Source: Heterodontus francisci
Lineage: Eukaryota
Reading direction: 5' to 3'
Assembly: GCF_036365525.1 (NCBI RefSeq)
Contig: NC_090375.1
Location: 199,073,864 to 199,137,863, forward strand
Length of the DNA stretch: 64,000 nucleotides
Shown here: positions 25,151 through 38,679 of the stretch, in pieces
Numbering within the stretch: the stretch's first letter is position 1
Layout: the number at the start of each line of letters is the position of its first letter
Made by a program: the position numbers and the translations under genes
The notes under the pieces: model-generated
What the model saw: the letters and a program-made list of their open reading frames with translations, nothing else
What the model was told of the DNA's origin: nothing
Databases searched by the model: none

Positions 25151-27990
25151 GCACAGAAAGAGGCCATTCAGTCCATCATGTCTGCACCAGCTGAAAAAAC
25201 TAGCTGCCCAATCTAATCCCACCTTCCAGTACCTGGTCCATATCCTTGCAGGTTACAGCATTCAGGTACAGGTCCAGGTGTCTTTTAAGTGAGTTGAGGG
25301 TTTCTGCCTCCACCACTGATCTGGACAGTGAATTCCAGATATCCACCACCCTCTGGGTGAAAAGGTTTTTCATCATGTCCCCTCTAATCCTTGTACCAAT
25401 CGCCTTAAATCTGTGCTCCCTGGGAACTGATCTCTCTGCTAGGGGAACAGGTCCTTCCTTTCTACTCTATCTAGGCCTCTCATAATGTTGTACCTCAATT
25501 AAGTCACTCCTGAGCCTCCTCTGTTCTAAGGAAAACAACCCTAACCTATCCAATCTTTCCTCATAGCTGCAACTTTCAAGCCCTGGCAACATTCTTGGAA
25601 ATCTCCTCTGTACTCTCTCCAGAGCAATTTTGCCCTTCCTGTAATGTACTGGCCAGAACTGTATGCAGTACTCCAGATGTGGCCTAATCAGCATTTTATA
25701 CAGTTCCAGCATTACATCCCTGCTTTTGTATTCTATACCTCAGCCAATAAAATAAAGCATTCCATATGCCTTCTTCACCACTTTATCTACCCATCCTGCC
25801 ACCTTCGGAGACCTGTGGACATGCTCTCCGAGGTCTCTCACTTCTTCTACCCCTCTCAATATCCTCCTGTTTATTGTGCATTCCCTTGCTTTGTTTGCCC
25901 TCACACTTCTCCAGATTGAATTCCATTTGCCACTTTTCTGCCCACTCAACCAAACCATTGATATCATTCTGGAGTCTACAGCTGTCCTCTTCACTATCAA
26001 CTACACAGCCAATTTTTGTGTCATCTGCAAATTTCCCAATCATGCCTCCCACATTTAATTCCAAATCATTGATATATATCACAAACAGCAAGGGACCCAA
26101 CGCTGAGCCCTGTGGAATGCCACTGGAAACCACCTTCCAGTCACAAAAATATCCGTTGACCATTACCGTTTGTTTCTTGTCCCTGAGCCAATTTTGCATC
26201 CAACTTGCCACATTCCCTGTATCTCATGGGCTTTTATTTTTACGGCCAGTCTGCCCTGTGGGACCTTGTCAAATGCGTTACAAAAATCCATGTCGACCAC
26301 ATCCACTGCACCACCCTCATCAATCCTCCTTGTTACTTCCTCAAAAAGTTGAATTATGTTAGTAAGACACGACCTTCCCTTAACAAATCCATGTTGAATA
26401 TCCCTGATTAATCCTTGCCTTTCTAAGCGGCAGTTTATCCTATGTTCCTGAATTGATTCTAATAACCAACACACTATCAAGGTCAGACTGACTGGCCTAT
26501 AATTATTTGGGTTATCCCTTGCACCCTTTTTACACAATGGTACAAGGTTTGCGAACCTCCAATCCTCTGGTAACTCACCTGTATCTAGTGAGGATTTGAA
26601 GATGATCCTCGGATCATCTTCTATTTCTTCCCTTGCTTCTTCTAACAACCTGGGATACAATTCATCCGGCCCTGGTGATTTATCCACTTTCAAGGATGTG
26701 AGACCCTCTAGTACCCACTCTCTCATTATGCTTAATACATCTAATATTTCACACTCCTCCTCTTTTACTACGATGTCTGCATCATCCCACTCCTTTGTGA
26801 AGAAAGAGACAAAGTACTCGTTAAGAATCCTGCCCACATATTCTGCATCCATGCATAAGTTCCCTTGTACATCCCTGTTAGGCCCTACCCTTTCCTTAGT
26901 TATCCTCTTGTTCTTAATGTACTGATAAAACAGTTTTGGGTTTTCTTCAGTTTTACTTGCCAATAATTTTTCATGTCCTCTCTTTGCTTTCCTAATTTCC
27001 TTTTTTACTTCACCCCTGCTCTTTCTATACTCCTCTAGGCTTTCTAATGTTTTTTGTGACTGTCATAAGCTTTATTTTTCTACTTTTTCTTATCTTGTGT
27101 GCTTCTAGCTAACCAGGGAACTCTAGATTTGGCAGGTGTCTACACTGAATGCCTCCCCTTGGTTTGCCACTGATTTTCCTTCAAGTAGCTGTATACAGTC
27201 CACTTTCATCAGATCAACCCTCAGCTTCATAAAATTTTCCTTCCCCCAATTTAGAACTTTTACTATAATAAAAGCAAAATACTGCGGATGCTGGAAATCT
27301 GAAATAAAAACAAGAAATGCTGGAACCACTCAGCAGGTCTGGAAGCATCTGTGAAAAGAGAAGCAGAGTTAACGTTTCGGGTCAGTGACCAAAGAAAGGT
27401 CACTGACCCGAAACGTTAACTCTGCTTCTCTTTTCACAGATGCTGCCAGACCTGCTGAGTGGTTCCAGCATTTCTTGTTTTTAGAACTTTTACTCCTGCT
27501 CTATCTTTCTCCTTATCCATAATAATGCTAAAATTAACTGTGTTATGGTCACTAGCTCCAAAATGGTCACCCACTGCTAATTTATCCACTTGCCCAAATT
27601 CATTACCAAAGACTAAATCTAGAATTGAGCCCCCTCTTGTTGGGCTTGTTACATGCTGGCTAAAAAAGTTCTCGAATGTAGTTCAAGAATCTTGTGCCCT
27701 CTGTGCCCTTGACACTGTTTGTATCCCAATTGATATTAGGGTGGTTGCAATGCCCAACTATTATTGCCCTGCAGTTTTTGCACTCAGAAATTTGCCTACA
27801 TATTTGTTCTTCTATCTCCCTCTCACTATTTGGGGGTCTATAGTACACTCCCAGTAGTGTTGCTGCCTCCTTTTTACTTCTGAGCTCAAGCCATATGGCC
27901 TCATTTGATGATTCATTTAGTATATCATCCCTCCTCACAGCTGTTATTGATTCCTTAACCAATAATGCTAGACTGCCTCCTTTTTTTTTA
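25150..27990 (-). mobile_element. CR1 LINE with a nested PLE fold-back fragment (~27265-27479)
   Basis: Minus ORFs 25467-27962 are CR1 ORF2. The PLE insert is flanked by TSD TTTAGAACTTTTACT. Confidence 0.85.
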
Positions 27991-28849
27991 TCCCCCTCTC
28001 TATCCAGCCTACTGGAATAGTACCAGAGATGAGGAACTACAGTTATGTGGAGAGATTAGAGTAGATGGAGCTGTTCACTTTAGAGCAGACAAGGTTAAGA
28101 GGCAATTTAATTGAGGTGTTCAAGTTGTGAAAGTTCTTGATAGAGTAAAAAAGGCAAAATTATTTCCACTGCCAGGAGAGTCACTGGCCAGAGTACACAG
28201 ATTGAATTGGATAAGAACCAGAGGGGTGATGAGGAGATTTTGTTTTAATTGGAGTGAGATGTCGAGATTGGACACACTACCTTAGTGGTGGTGATCTCAT
28301 AGTAACTTTCAAAAGGAAATGGGATCAAAATTTGAAAAGGAAACGTTTGTAGGGTTATGGGGAAAGAGCAAGGCAGTAGGATTAATTGGATAGCTTTTTC
28401 AAAAGAGCTGCACAGGCATGGTGGGCCGAATGGCCCCTTCATTACTGTACGATTCCGTGATTCTATCAACTCTACATGACATCACCAGTCCCTACACTCC
28501 AAAATGTTATGGTCAGCTCACTTACAGGAAAAGATTTACATTAAAAAAAAAGGCAGGAAACCCTATTAACTTGCTTTCTCACCACCCAGATCATGAGGTG
28601 AAAGTAGCTGGAGACCCAGGCTAACACCACCTGATCTTGACTTATGGGTCCATGTAGGTACATCGGCTACCATGACCAAAGATGAGAGCCAGAGGATCTC
28701 ATTTGTTGTGTGGATTGTGGAACACACATGTCAGAGGTCCACCTCCTGCTAATAAAGAATTTGCATATTTTATAGCACCATTTACCATCTCAGGACGTCC
28801 CAAAGTGCTTTACAGCCATTGAAGTACTTTTTGAAGTTTAGATGCTGTC

Positions 28850-29872
28850 GTAACGGGTCTTTTTCTGAATGGCAGGCAGTGACTAGTGGGGTACCGCAGG
28901 GATTGTTAGGACCCCAGCTATTCACAATATATATTAATGATTTATATGAGGGAACTAACTGTAATATCTCCAAATTTGCAGATGACACAAAACTGGGTGG
29001 GAGGGTGAGTTGTGAGGAGGATGCAGAGAAGCTTCAGGGTGATTTGGACAAGTTGAGTGAGTGGGCAGATGCAGTATTATGTGGATAAATGTGAGGTTAT
29101 CCACTTTGGTAGCAAAAATAGGAAGGCAGATTATCTGAACAGCTATAAACTGAGAGAGGGGAATATGCAACGAGACCTGGGTGTTCTCGTACACCAGTCG
29201 CTGAAGGTAAGCATGTAGGTGCAACAGGCAAATGGTATGTTGGTCTTCATAGCGAGAGGATTCAAGTACAGGAGTAGGGATGTCTTGCTGCAATTATACA
29301 GGGCATTGGTGAGGCCACACCTGGAATATTGTGTGCAGTTTGGTCTCCTTATCTGAGGAAGGATGTTCTTGCTATAGGGGGAGTGCAGCAAAGGTTTACC
29401 AGATTGATTCCTGGGATGGTGGGACTGATGTATGAGGAGAGATTGAGTCGGTTAGGATTATATTTGCTGGAGTTCAGAAGAGTGAGGGGGTATCTCATAG
29501 AAATCTATAAAATTCTAACAGAACTTGACAGGGTAGATGCAGGAAGGATGTTTCCGATGGTGGGGGAGTCCAGAACCAGGGGTCATAGTCTAAGGATACA
29601 GGGTAAACCTTTCAGGACTGAGATGAGGAGAAATTTCTTCACCCAGAGAGTGGTGAGCCTGTGGAATTTGTTACCACAGAAAGCAGTTGAGGCCAAAACA
29701 TTGTATGTTTTCAAGAAAGAGTTAGATATAGCTCTTGGGGCAAAAGGGATCAAAGGAGATAGGGGGAAAACAGGAACAGATTACTGAGTTGCATGATCAG
29801 ATGTGATCATAATGAATGGTGGAGCAGGCTCGAAGGGTCGAATGGCTTACTCCTGCTCCTATTTTCTATGTT
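28850..29872 (+). mobile_element. 5'-truncated CR1 inside a Deu-type SINE
   Basis: GVPQG and KFADDTKL motifs; SINE sequence on both sides. Confidence 0.8.
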
Positions 29873-30200
29873 AGGAAAAGTGGCTGTTAAATTGCTCGCA
29901 GCAAGCTCCTACAAACATCAATAGATAAATAGCCAGCTAATCTATTTTAGTGATGTTGGTTGAGGGATAAATATTGGCCAGGATACCGGAGAGAACTCCC
30001 CTGCTCTTCCTCAAATAATGCCATGGGATCTTTTACATCCACTTGACAGGGCAGAGGGGCTCTCAATTTAAGGTCTCATCTGAAAGACGGCACCTCCGAC
30101 TGTGCAGCACTCCCTCATTACTGCACAGTGAGCGTCAGCTTGGATTCAATGTTCAAGTCTCTGATGTGCGTCTTGAACCCACGAAATTTCGAGGCTGTCA
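29873..30200 (-). mobile_element. Deu-domain SINE (SacSINE1/AmnSINE-like)
   Basis: ATATTGGCCAGGA..GAACTCCCCTGCTCTTC..GCCATGGGATCTTTTAC core. Related copies at ~36230-36505, 40620-40865 and 46190-46560 (+). Confidence 0.65.
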
Positions 30201-30555
30201 ATGACCAAACTTTCAGAAACTGAAAATAATCGCCGAGTTTCTCTGTAATGTTAGAGAGCGGGGTTGAAGAAAATATGAAGGACGGAAAGTGAGAAAAAAG
30301 ATAAAAGCAGAGAAAATGCAAAAGGGGGGTGGGGGCGTAAATGACAGATAAATACAGTCAGCAAGACAGGACAGTAAGAACTCCAGTCATACGAGAGAGC
30401 GAAACGAATTGTTGGAGCCAATAATGATTACAAAATTATTAATGGGAGTAAAAAGACAAGAGCGAGGCAGTAATTTAATTACTTCAATTTTGTATAAAAG
30501 GTGCACCGTCTGTAGTTGACAATAGGTTTAAACCACGGCGGCTCTCACCTCCTGT

Positions 30556-30650
30556 TCTTTCTTTTGGGCCTCCTTATCTCGAGAGACAATGGATACGCGC
30601 CTGGAGGTGGTCAGTGGTTTGTGAAGCAGCGCCTGGAGTGGCTATAAAGG
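30556..30650 (-). mobile_element. Short 3' end of an RTE LINE in the V3 upstream region
   Basis: Reverse complement of the RTE tail at 50203-50261; TSD CCTCCTGT at 30548-30555 and 30651-30658. Confidence 0.75.
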
Positions 30651-30779
30651 CCTCCTGTATATCAATGGATAAACGCTTAACCATTGTGTAAACAGCGGCG
30701 AAGCAATGATCCAGATCCTGAACAGATCACGGTACCACCAGGAAGTGGAACCGCTTTACTCCGACTGCATCCGAATTTC

Positions 30780-30791
30780 GAGTCATTTCCT
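30780..30791 (+). promoter_or_regulatory. Candidate TRGV promoter motif GA(G/A)TCATT(T/G)CC
   Basis: The same motif sits with its TCATT at -62/-63 from the ATG in V2, V3, V5 and V7. Confidence 0.5.
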
Positions 30792-30845
30792 GTTTAAGAA
30801 TCTGATTTAACAGAGCAAGTGCAACCTAATCTTCATTGCTGTACC

Positions 30846-31593
30846 ATGTCGTTCCACTGGTTGGTTATTGTGCTGATACTTTCCTCCAGTAAGTGTGCCA
30901 GGAATCAGTTACAATCATAGAATCATAGAACAGCTGCAGCACAGAAGCAGGCCATTCGGCCTGTCGTGTAGGTGCTGGCTCTCTGCAAGAGCAATTCAGC
31001 TGGTCCTTCTCCCTCACCCTTTCCCCGTCGCCCTGCATTTTTTTCTCTTCAGGTGTTTATCCAATTCCCTTTTGAAAGTCACGATTGAATCTGTCTCCAG
31101 CACACTCTCAGGCAGTGCATTCCAGATCCGAACCACACACTGCGTGAAAAAGATTTCCTCCTTATTTTTTTTGCCACTCGCCTTAAATCGGTGTTCTCTG
31201 GTTCTCGACGCTTCCGCCAATGGGAACAGTTTCGCTCTATCGACTCTGTGATTTCTGCCTACCCTTCAAAACTATATGGCTTTTCTGTGTTTAATTTGCA
31301 GATGAATATTTAGCCAAGGCTTTGAAGCAGTTTCCGATATCGATCACCAAGCCTAAGACTACAACGGTCAAAATACAATGTGTGACACAAGCCACGGAAA
31401 CTATTCACTGGTACCAGCAGCAACCAAACCAGGCGCCTAGAAGAATAATCCATTATAGCAACAGAGGAGCGGAGTTGGATCCTGGAATCTCAGCCAAATT
31501 CTCAGCTGAGAAGAGTGACTCTTCGTTCTTTCTTGTCATTGATAACATTGAACTGTCTGATTCTGCCATGTATTACTGTGCCTACTGGATCTC
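30846..31593 (+). CDS. TRGV: TCR gamma-like V segment V3, intact (leader 30846-30888, V exon 31302-31593)
   Basis: Leader MSFHWLVIVLILSS, GTAAGT donor, TTTGCAG acceptor at 31301. NEYLA-KALKQFPISITKPKTTTVKIQC..IHWYQQQP..DSAMYYCAYWIS. Confidence 0.9.
30915..31250 (-). mobile_element. CR1 3' fragment inside the V3 leader intron
   Basis: FFTQCVVRIWNALP on the minus strand (ORF 31014-31220). Confidence 0.8.
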
Positions 31594-31632
31594 CACAGTG
31601 AGAAACAACAGCAGAAGCCCATTACAAAAACC
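31594..31632 (+). other. 23-RSS of V3 (perfect consensus)
   Basis: CACAGTG, 23 nt, ACAAAAACC. Confidence 0.95.
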
Positions 31633-33179
31633 CCCAGGGCTCCCCGCTGCTCAGCGCAGTCACACAAGTTCCCAGAGCAAAGGAGATTCAAAGTCTGATT
31701 GCGTGAAATTCCAAATTGCAAAAGCAATACAGGAAGTAGCTTTTATTTCAACAGTTAAAGCACAAACAACTGTAATTGTGTTTTTAAAATCCGGGGATGC
31801 GTATGGATAAAGGGAAAGGGGAATATCTTTCAGAAACAGTTTATCAGTCATTTCATTCACTGAAGCGCGACTTTTGTTACACGGTTGGTGAATCTGTGAA
31901 TCTTTGCGACATATTTTCCATTTAGTTTCGGTTATGGATTTAAATTTGGAGATAAAGGTGTTTTTTGAAACTGTTCTCACTATGTGACGATGAGGCCGCC
32001 AATGCTTTTTAATCTGTTTCGAAGAATTCTTACTTTCAAAATGAGAAAAAATATAAATATCAAAGGATACCAAATATAATCGATGCATCACTGATGAATC
32101 AAGAATCAATCATTAATCAATCAATCACTAATCACAGCTTCGGTGCTCGCTTTAACATTGGTGACAACTGGACTCCAGGCGCGGGACACAACACAACTCC
32201 CACACACCAGGACAATGTCCCTCTGCAAATCCTTATTCTCAATTTCCCAGTGATCCCTCGTCGTCTCCCTGATAAGCGATGCTCGCAATTCACAAACAAT
32301 CCTTGATGTCTTCTATTTTGGAACAGAATTTTTTTAAATAAATCGTAGATTTCCGTTGTTCTTTCCGAATGTTAATGCCAGCTAGTTTATTTGATGCAAG
32401 TCTCTTCTTTTAAAATCGTTTATAATGGAATAAACGGACAGTGAAAGGAATGATATCGTTCCTTATTTTCAACTTTCTTTGGAAGGCCCTGCATTAAAAC
32501 GAAAACGCGGCCAATAATTGATCAACAGTCTCGTTTTATTGAATTCTCACGTGTACATTTTATGAAGCAGCGCCTGACACACACATTGTAAAGGGTCCAC
32601 GTTCGTGCTTATATTTCGTGGAAGTTGCATTCCCATGTGCTTTTTGTGAACCCAGAGCACATTCGGGTGTATTCACACTGCCAGCTGTGCTTGTCCAAGG
32701 GTCGAGGCAGATTGTTTGGCCTTTGGTTCCCGGAGTTTAGTCAGATCTATGGATAGCAGGTCGTGACGGCTTTGCTTGGGGTTATTGGCTGGAATTTAAC
32801 GCCCCATCCCCTGGAGTGGGCTGGGTGGGGGCGGTGCGATCGTTCACACTGCCTACTAGCGGAGGCAGAGGTCGCAGGCAGCTGGGGCCAATTGAAGCCT
32901 CCCTGCTGCTGGTGGCATTTAGCCAGTGACGTCACCTGGCAGCCTCTTTCCATGCTGGGGGGACCCTCCTGATCGGGACCCCCGTGCCCCACAGAGGGAC
33001 ACCCCGAGCAGCAAGGGCTGCCTCTGCTGGAACAGCTCCCCTCCCCTCTAGAGCAAGCTCCCTGCCCTCACCAGGGCCTGTCTGATTCACCCCTGCGAGC
33101 TCCATCCCACTTGCCTGTTCCAAGGCCTGCTTCCATTGTGACTTTTCTCGCTGCAAGCTGATTGGCCGGCAGTCTACAA

Positions 33180-35200
33180 ACATACGAACGCACGAATTAG
33201 GAGCAGGAGTAGACCACTCGGCCCCTTAGACCTGGTCCGCCATTCATGGCTGATCTGATTGTAACCTCAACACCACATTACCGCCTACCCCCAATAACCT
33301 TTCACCCCCTTGCTTATCAAGAATCTATCTACCGCTGCCTTAAAAATATTCAAAGACTCTGCTTCCACTGCCTTTTGAGGAAGAGAGTTCCAAAGCCTCA
33401 CGACCCTCTGAGAGAAAACATTTCTCCTCATCTCTGTCTTAAATGGGCGACCCCTTATTTTTAAACAGTGACTCCTAGTTTTAGATTCACTCACAAGAAG
33501 AAATATTCTTTCACATCCGCTCTGTCAGGACTCCTCAGGATCTGATATGTTTTAATCAAGTTGCCTCTTACTCTTCTAATGCAAGCCTAGCCTGTCCAAC
33601 CTTTCCTCAGAAGACAACCCACCCATTCCAAGTATTTGTCTAGTAAACCGTTTCTAAACTGCTTCCAATGCATTTACATCCTTCCTTAAATGGGAGACCA
33701 ACACTATATACAATACTCCAGATGTGGTCTCACCAATGCCCTGTATAGCTGAAGCATAGCTTCCCGACTTTTGCATTCACTTCCCCTCACAATAAATTAC
33801 AACATTCTATTCGCTTTCCTAATTACTTGCTGTACCTGCATACTAATCTTTTGTGATTCATGCACTAGGCCACCCAGGTCCCACTGCATCTGAGAGCTCT
33901 GCAATCTCTCACCATTTAGATAATATGCTTCCTTTTATTCTTCCGGCCAAAATGGACAATTTCACATTTTCCTACATTATACTCCATTTGCCAGATCTCT
34001 GCCCAATCACTTAACCTATCATTATCCCTTTTTCATTTCCTTATGTCCTCTTCACAACTTACCTTCCTACCTATCTTTGTGTCATCAGCAAATTTAGCAA
34101 CCATACCTTTGGTCCCTTCATCCGTTAATTTATATAAATTGTAAAAAGTTGAGGCCTCAGTACTGATCCCTGTGGCACACCACTCGTTACATCTTTCCAA
34201 CCAGGAAATGAACCCTCTAACTCTCTGTTTCCTGCTATCTAGCCAATCTTATATCCATGCCAAAATATTACCCTGACACCATGAGCTTTTATTTTCCACA
34301 CTAACATTTGATGTTAGTTAAAGATAGTATATAACTTAAAGAAAAAGCATCTTATTGTGCAAAGATGGGTGGCAGGTCAGAAGATTGGGCAGAATGCAAA
34401 AAGCAGCAAAGAACAACTAAAAGATTAATGAGGGAAAAATTAGAGTATGAGAGAAAGCTGGTGAGAAATATAAAGACAGGAAGAGTTTCTATAAATATTT
34501 GAAAAAGAAAGGAGTTAACAAAGTGACCATTGGTCCTATAGAAAGTGAGTCTGGGGAATTAATAAGGGAAAATAAGGAGATGGTAAATGAATTGAAAAGG
34601 TAGTTTGCATCAGTCTTCACCATAGAGGATACAAGTAACATCCCAGAAATAGCTATAAATCAGGAAATGGAAAGGAGGGAGGAACTCAAGAAAATTATAA
34701 TCAGCAGGGAAGTGGTACTGAACAAATTGTTGGAGCTGCAGGCTAATAATTCCCTGGGTCCTCATGGACTTCATCCTAGGGTCTTAAAAGAAGTGGCGAG
34801 TGAGATAGTTTTGATTGGTTTTGATTTTCCAAAGTTCCCTAGATTCAGAGGGGTTCCATTAGATTGGAAAATAGCCAACATAATTCCTTTATTCAAAAGG
34901 GAGGGAGACATAAAGCAGGAAATTACAGGCTCGTTTGCTTAACATCTGTCAGTGGGAAAATGTTAAAAAAACAATTGTTAAAGACGTTATAGTCAGGCAT
35001 TTAGAAAACGTCAAGGTAATCGGGCAGAGGCAACATAGTTTTGTCAAAGGGAAATCATGTTTAACCAATTTATTGGAGTTCTTTGAAGAGGTAACATGTG
35101 CTGTGGATAAAGGGGAACTGGTGGATATACTCTACTTGGATTTCCAGCATGCATTTGATAAGCTGTAACATCAACGGTTATTGCGAAAAATAAAAGCCTC
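33180..35200 (-). mobile_element. CR1 LINE with 5' inversion (minus 33180-34315, plus 34316-35200)
   Basis: The plus piece ends at about the ORF2 position where the minus piece begins (CATCAA..AATAAAAGC). Confidence 0.7.
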
Positions 35201-36509
35201 AGAGTGGGCAAGGCACAACCTCAGGCAATTAATTGCCTGAGCCATGCAAAATAACGTCGTGGCTTCCAGGGCTGCTGGAGGGAGGCTAGCCCCCAACTTT
35301 TCAGCCGGTGGACAGCACATCACCTCTTGATGAAATTCCAGCCATTGTGTGGGTTCTTGTGCGGGAGGAGGAAGGGGGAAGGCCACGATTCGCTCCAAGA
35401 TTGGACCCCAGACTCTGACATGTTTCCAGTTCCAGGGGTAGGCCGAACATCACCCATTCTGATTTCCATTTTATTTTACCCAGGCTGTTCAGTCCTGTGG
35501 GTGGGGATGGGTTGAATAGCTGATGTGATATTGAGCTTGTTGCATCTGTCACTGTTTGTCCATCCCTATCTGGGAAATGGAATCAGCCTGCAAGTGGATA
35601 CAGGTGGGTGGAACAAACCAACGCACCCACTTGAGAGGGGCATCGCGGCAATTGCGGGATTTGGACCAGGGATGTAAGAGCCCACTGGTTGTTCTGACGA
35701 GAACAAAGAGCGAAGCAGCTGTTACTCTGCCTGCTATCATTTGGAAATTGTACATATAGTCTTTCAAACATGTTCTTTATTGCCTGATTGATAGTGAATC
35801 GGAGCAAAGACTAAAATCTGAAGATGAACACAGATGCAGATGAGCACCTGCTGTTTGAAATGGGTGGTTTCCGAGCTGCTAGAATGACGTCAAAGGTTAT
35901 ACGAGGAAAGGCGAGGGCTTAGCAGTGAACAATGCAGGATATAAAGCTGGGTAGATCTTCAGAAGTTTTGTTTAAGTTAACTTTGGACAGCAGAGTGAAA
36001 CTTAGCAGAACATTTCCTCAGCAGGTGACAGACTTGATCGAGCAGATTACAGAGCAGGTTTTATGTAGTTTGTGGAAGGATTGGGCTTCGTGGGCCACGC
36101 GGCTTTATACTTCTTTTAGCAGATGTGAGGCTGATTCTTTTATGACTTTGAAGCGTTTGAATGATCTGTTCCGCTTTAACTGTGGATCTGGATAGTCTGG
36201 CTAGCTAGGGCAGATTAAAGGATAGAAAGAAGAAATAACTTACATTTGTGTAGCATCTTTCAGGAACTCGAGACTTCCCAAAGTTTTCACTGTTATTCAA
36301 GTGTTGCAATCCTTGGATATGCAGCAGCCAAATTATACACAGCAATATCCCTTATACAGCAATAAGCTAAATAGCAAAAGAAAATATTTTAGTGCCGTTG
36401 GTTGGGGCTAAATATTGGTCAGGACACCGGGAGAACTTCGTTGCTTTCTTTGTACAGGGCCGTGTATTGATTTACATTCACCTCAGAGGGTAGATAGGGT
36501 CTCACGTTA

Positions 36510-36945
36510 AAAGAAAGAGAGGAAGAAAGGCGAGGAAAGAAAGAAATACCGAGAGAGAGAGAGAGAGAAAGATAGAAAGTGAGAAAGCGAGAGAAAGAGA
36601 GAAATAGCTGGACAGAAGGAGAAAGAATGAAACAGAGAAATAGATAGGAGGTAGAGAAATAGAAAGAGACAGAGAAATTGAGAATAAGAAAGACAGCAGG
36701 ACAGAAAAGAGAGAAAGAGAGGAAAGGAGAGAGGAAGAGGGAGAAAGGCGGCAGGAGGGAGAAAGGGCGAAGAGAGAGAAAAAGAGAGGACGAGAGAGAA
36801 AGAGTGGGAGAGGGCAGGAGAGGGAAAAAAGGATTGAGGAAAGAGAAAGACGATAAAGGGTAGAAAGAAAGAGGGAGAAAGAGCGTGAGAATGGAAGAAA
36901 CAAAGAGAGATAGAGAGAGACAAAGAAAGAGAAAGAAATAAAGAG
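36510..36945. repeat. GA-rich low-complexity tract
   Basis: Almost pure purine AG/AGA repeats. Confidence 0.9.
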
Positions 36946-37677
36946 CTACACATTTGTTAGGAACAATGGGCCATGTGTTTATTGTTTGAATGGTTTTGAA
37001 AAGCCAAGGATGACGTTGAAAGAGACCAAGGAGTCTCAGGAAACTCGATGTTCAACACGTCCAAACAACACAGAGCAGCAGTGAACAAAGGCAATAGAAA
37101 GTTCATCTCCAATAGTCAAATCAGTGACTGCAAGTTAGCGGAGGTAATAGATAAAGGATAGATAAAGATCAGATTACATTGAATAACGCTTCCACCTCAG
37201 ACACACAGGAGACAAAGGAGGCAGTGCAGACAGGTGCCAAAAGTTTGAGTTTTGCACAAAGATTGAAGAGATTTGCGCAGTTGATGGTGGCGAGGATATG
37301 TCTGAGAGATGTTCTTAAATGTGTGTAAGATCGTTACCGGAATGGAAGAGGTAGATCTGTAATGTTATTCTCATTTAAACTGTAGGAATAGGACAAGGAA
37401 ACACAGGGAAACCCAGTAGAAGGAAACTCTAGGGCGAGATCAGAAAGCTGGTCAACGCTTGGAATGGACTCCAGGGCAGCGTGGTTGAGATGAAAGCCTG
37501 TTTTAATGAAACAGTGAATAACAATATGAAACGTCACAGACACCAAATGGAAACGCCACCCTTGAGGCCACATGGAAATTCAGCAATGGGTGAAACTGAT
37601 TGACAATTTTCGGTATCTCAGCGTCCCGGTAACAGGTATTTGTAAACCTGGATCAGTTCTGTGTTGGGTACACAAAC

Positions 37678-38122
37678 ATGAAGGGTCAAGTCATTGTGAT
37701 TTTACTCATCACCTTCCTCGGTCAGTATTTAAGGTTCTAACTGATTATTTTTATTAATCTCTCGCCTCCGTTTTGTGAAATATTATAATTGATTTCTATT
37801 CTCTCTTGCAGGGAAATCTGTTGCCCAAACCTTGACACAGTCCCCATTTTCGATGACCAGAGCTCCGACGAAAACTGTACGGTTTTACTGTACAGTTGAA
37901 GGGACAGATTTCGAAGATGCTGTTATCCACTGGTACCGGCAGATCCCGGGTCAAGGGCTGTAACGCATGCTATATTTTAAGAATCCATCTGAGACTATGC
38001 AGGATATGACCGATAAAGATTTATTTTTTGTTGAAAAAGAATCCAAAACTAAATCCTGCACCCTGCTCATGAGGAATATCGAGGAGGATGACGCTTGGAC
38101 CTATTACTGTGCCTGCTGGGAC
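37678..38122 (+). pseudogene. TRGV: TRGV segment V4 with one in-frame stop (leader 37678-37720, V exon 37812-38122)
   Basis: Manual translation: MKGQVIVILLITFL/GKSVA-QTLTQSPFSMTRAPTKTVRFYCTVEGTDFEDAVIHWYRQIPGQGL*RMLYFKNPSET..KSCTLLMRNIEEDDAWTYYCACWD. TAA at 37961-37963; splice sites intact. Absent from the ORF track. Confidence 0.88.
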
Positions 38123-38161
38123 CACAGTGACTGAAAGTGAAGGGAAACCCAGGCAAAAAGC
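38123..38161 (+). other. 23-RSS of V4
   Basis: CACAGTG, 23 nt, GCAAAAAGC. Confidence 0.88.
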
Positions 38162-38679
38162 GAACCTGCACGAACACCATCATGCTCAGTCTGTGCAAGC
38201 TGTTCACATACAAACCACAGGTGTAGCGTTTGGAGATTTCCACGAGCTTTTAATTCATAGTGTGCTGGGTAGATAGCTCGGTATTTTCACAATGTTATTT
38301 GCATAATATTTTTGAGCTGGGATGAATAAAATTGCTTTGTTAACGCCGTGAGATATGATTATGACAGATCTGTCTTTATTCTATAAATGGAATAATTCAC
38401 TTACTGTTTGAACTAACAGCCCCATTCCCTTTATCACATTCTAGAAACTCGCTGTAAATTTCAAAGTGTGCAGTGGCCACACGGTCCTCTGTGAACAAGC
38501 TACCTCAACCATCAAACCAACGCTAAAGATATTTGCAGTCACTGTCCTGTCATTAGAAATTAGGAACAGGAGTAGGTCAGTCAGCTCTTAGAGCCTGTTG
38601 CCCTCTTCAATGAAATCTTGCTGATCTGTGATCTAACTCGACATATCCAACTGGGCTCCATATCCTATAGCCGGGAAGG

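Noticed and set aside
36502-36953. Hydrophobic ORFs resembling membrane proteins
   Set aside because: Translation of a GA/CT low-complexity tract.
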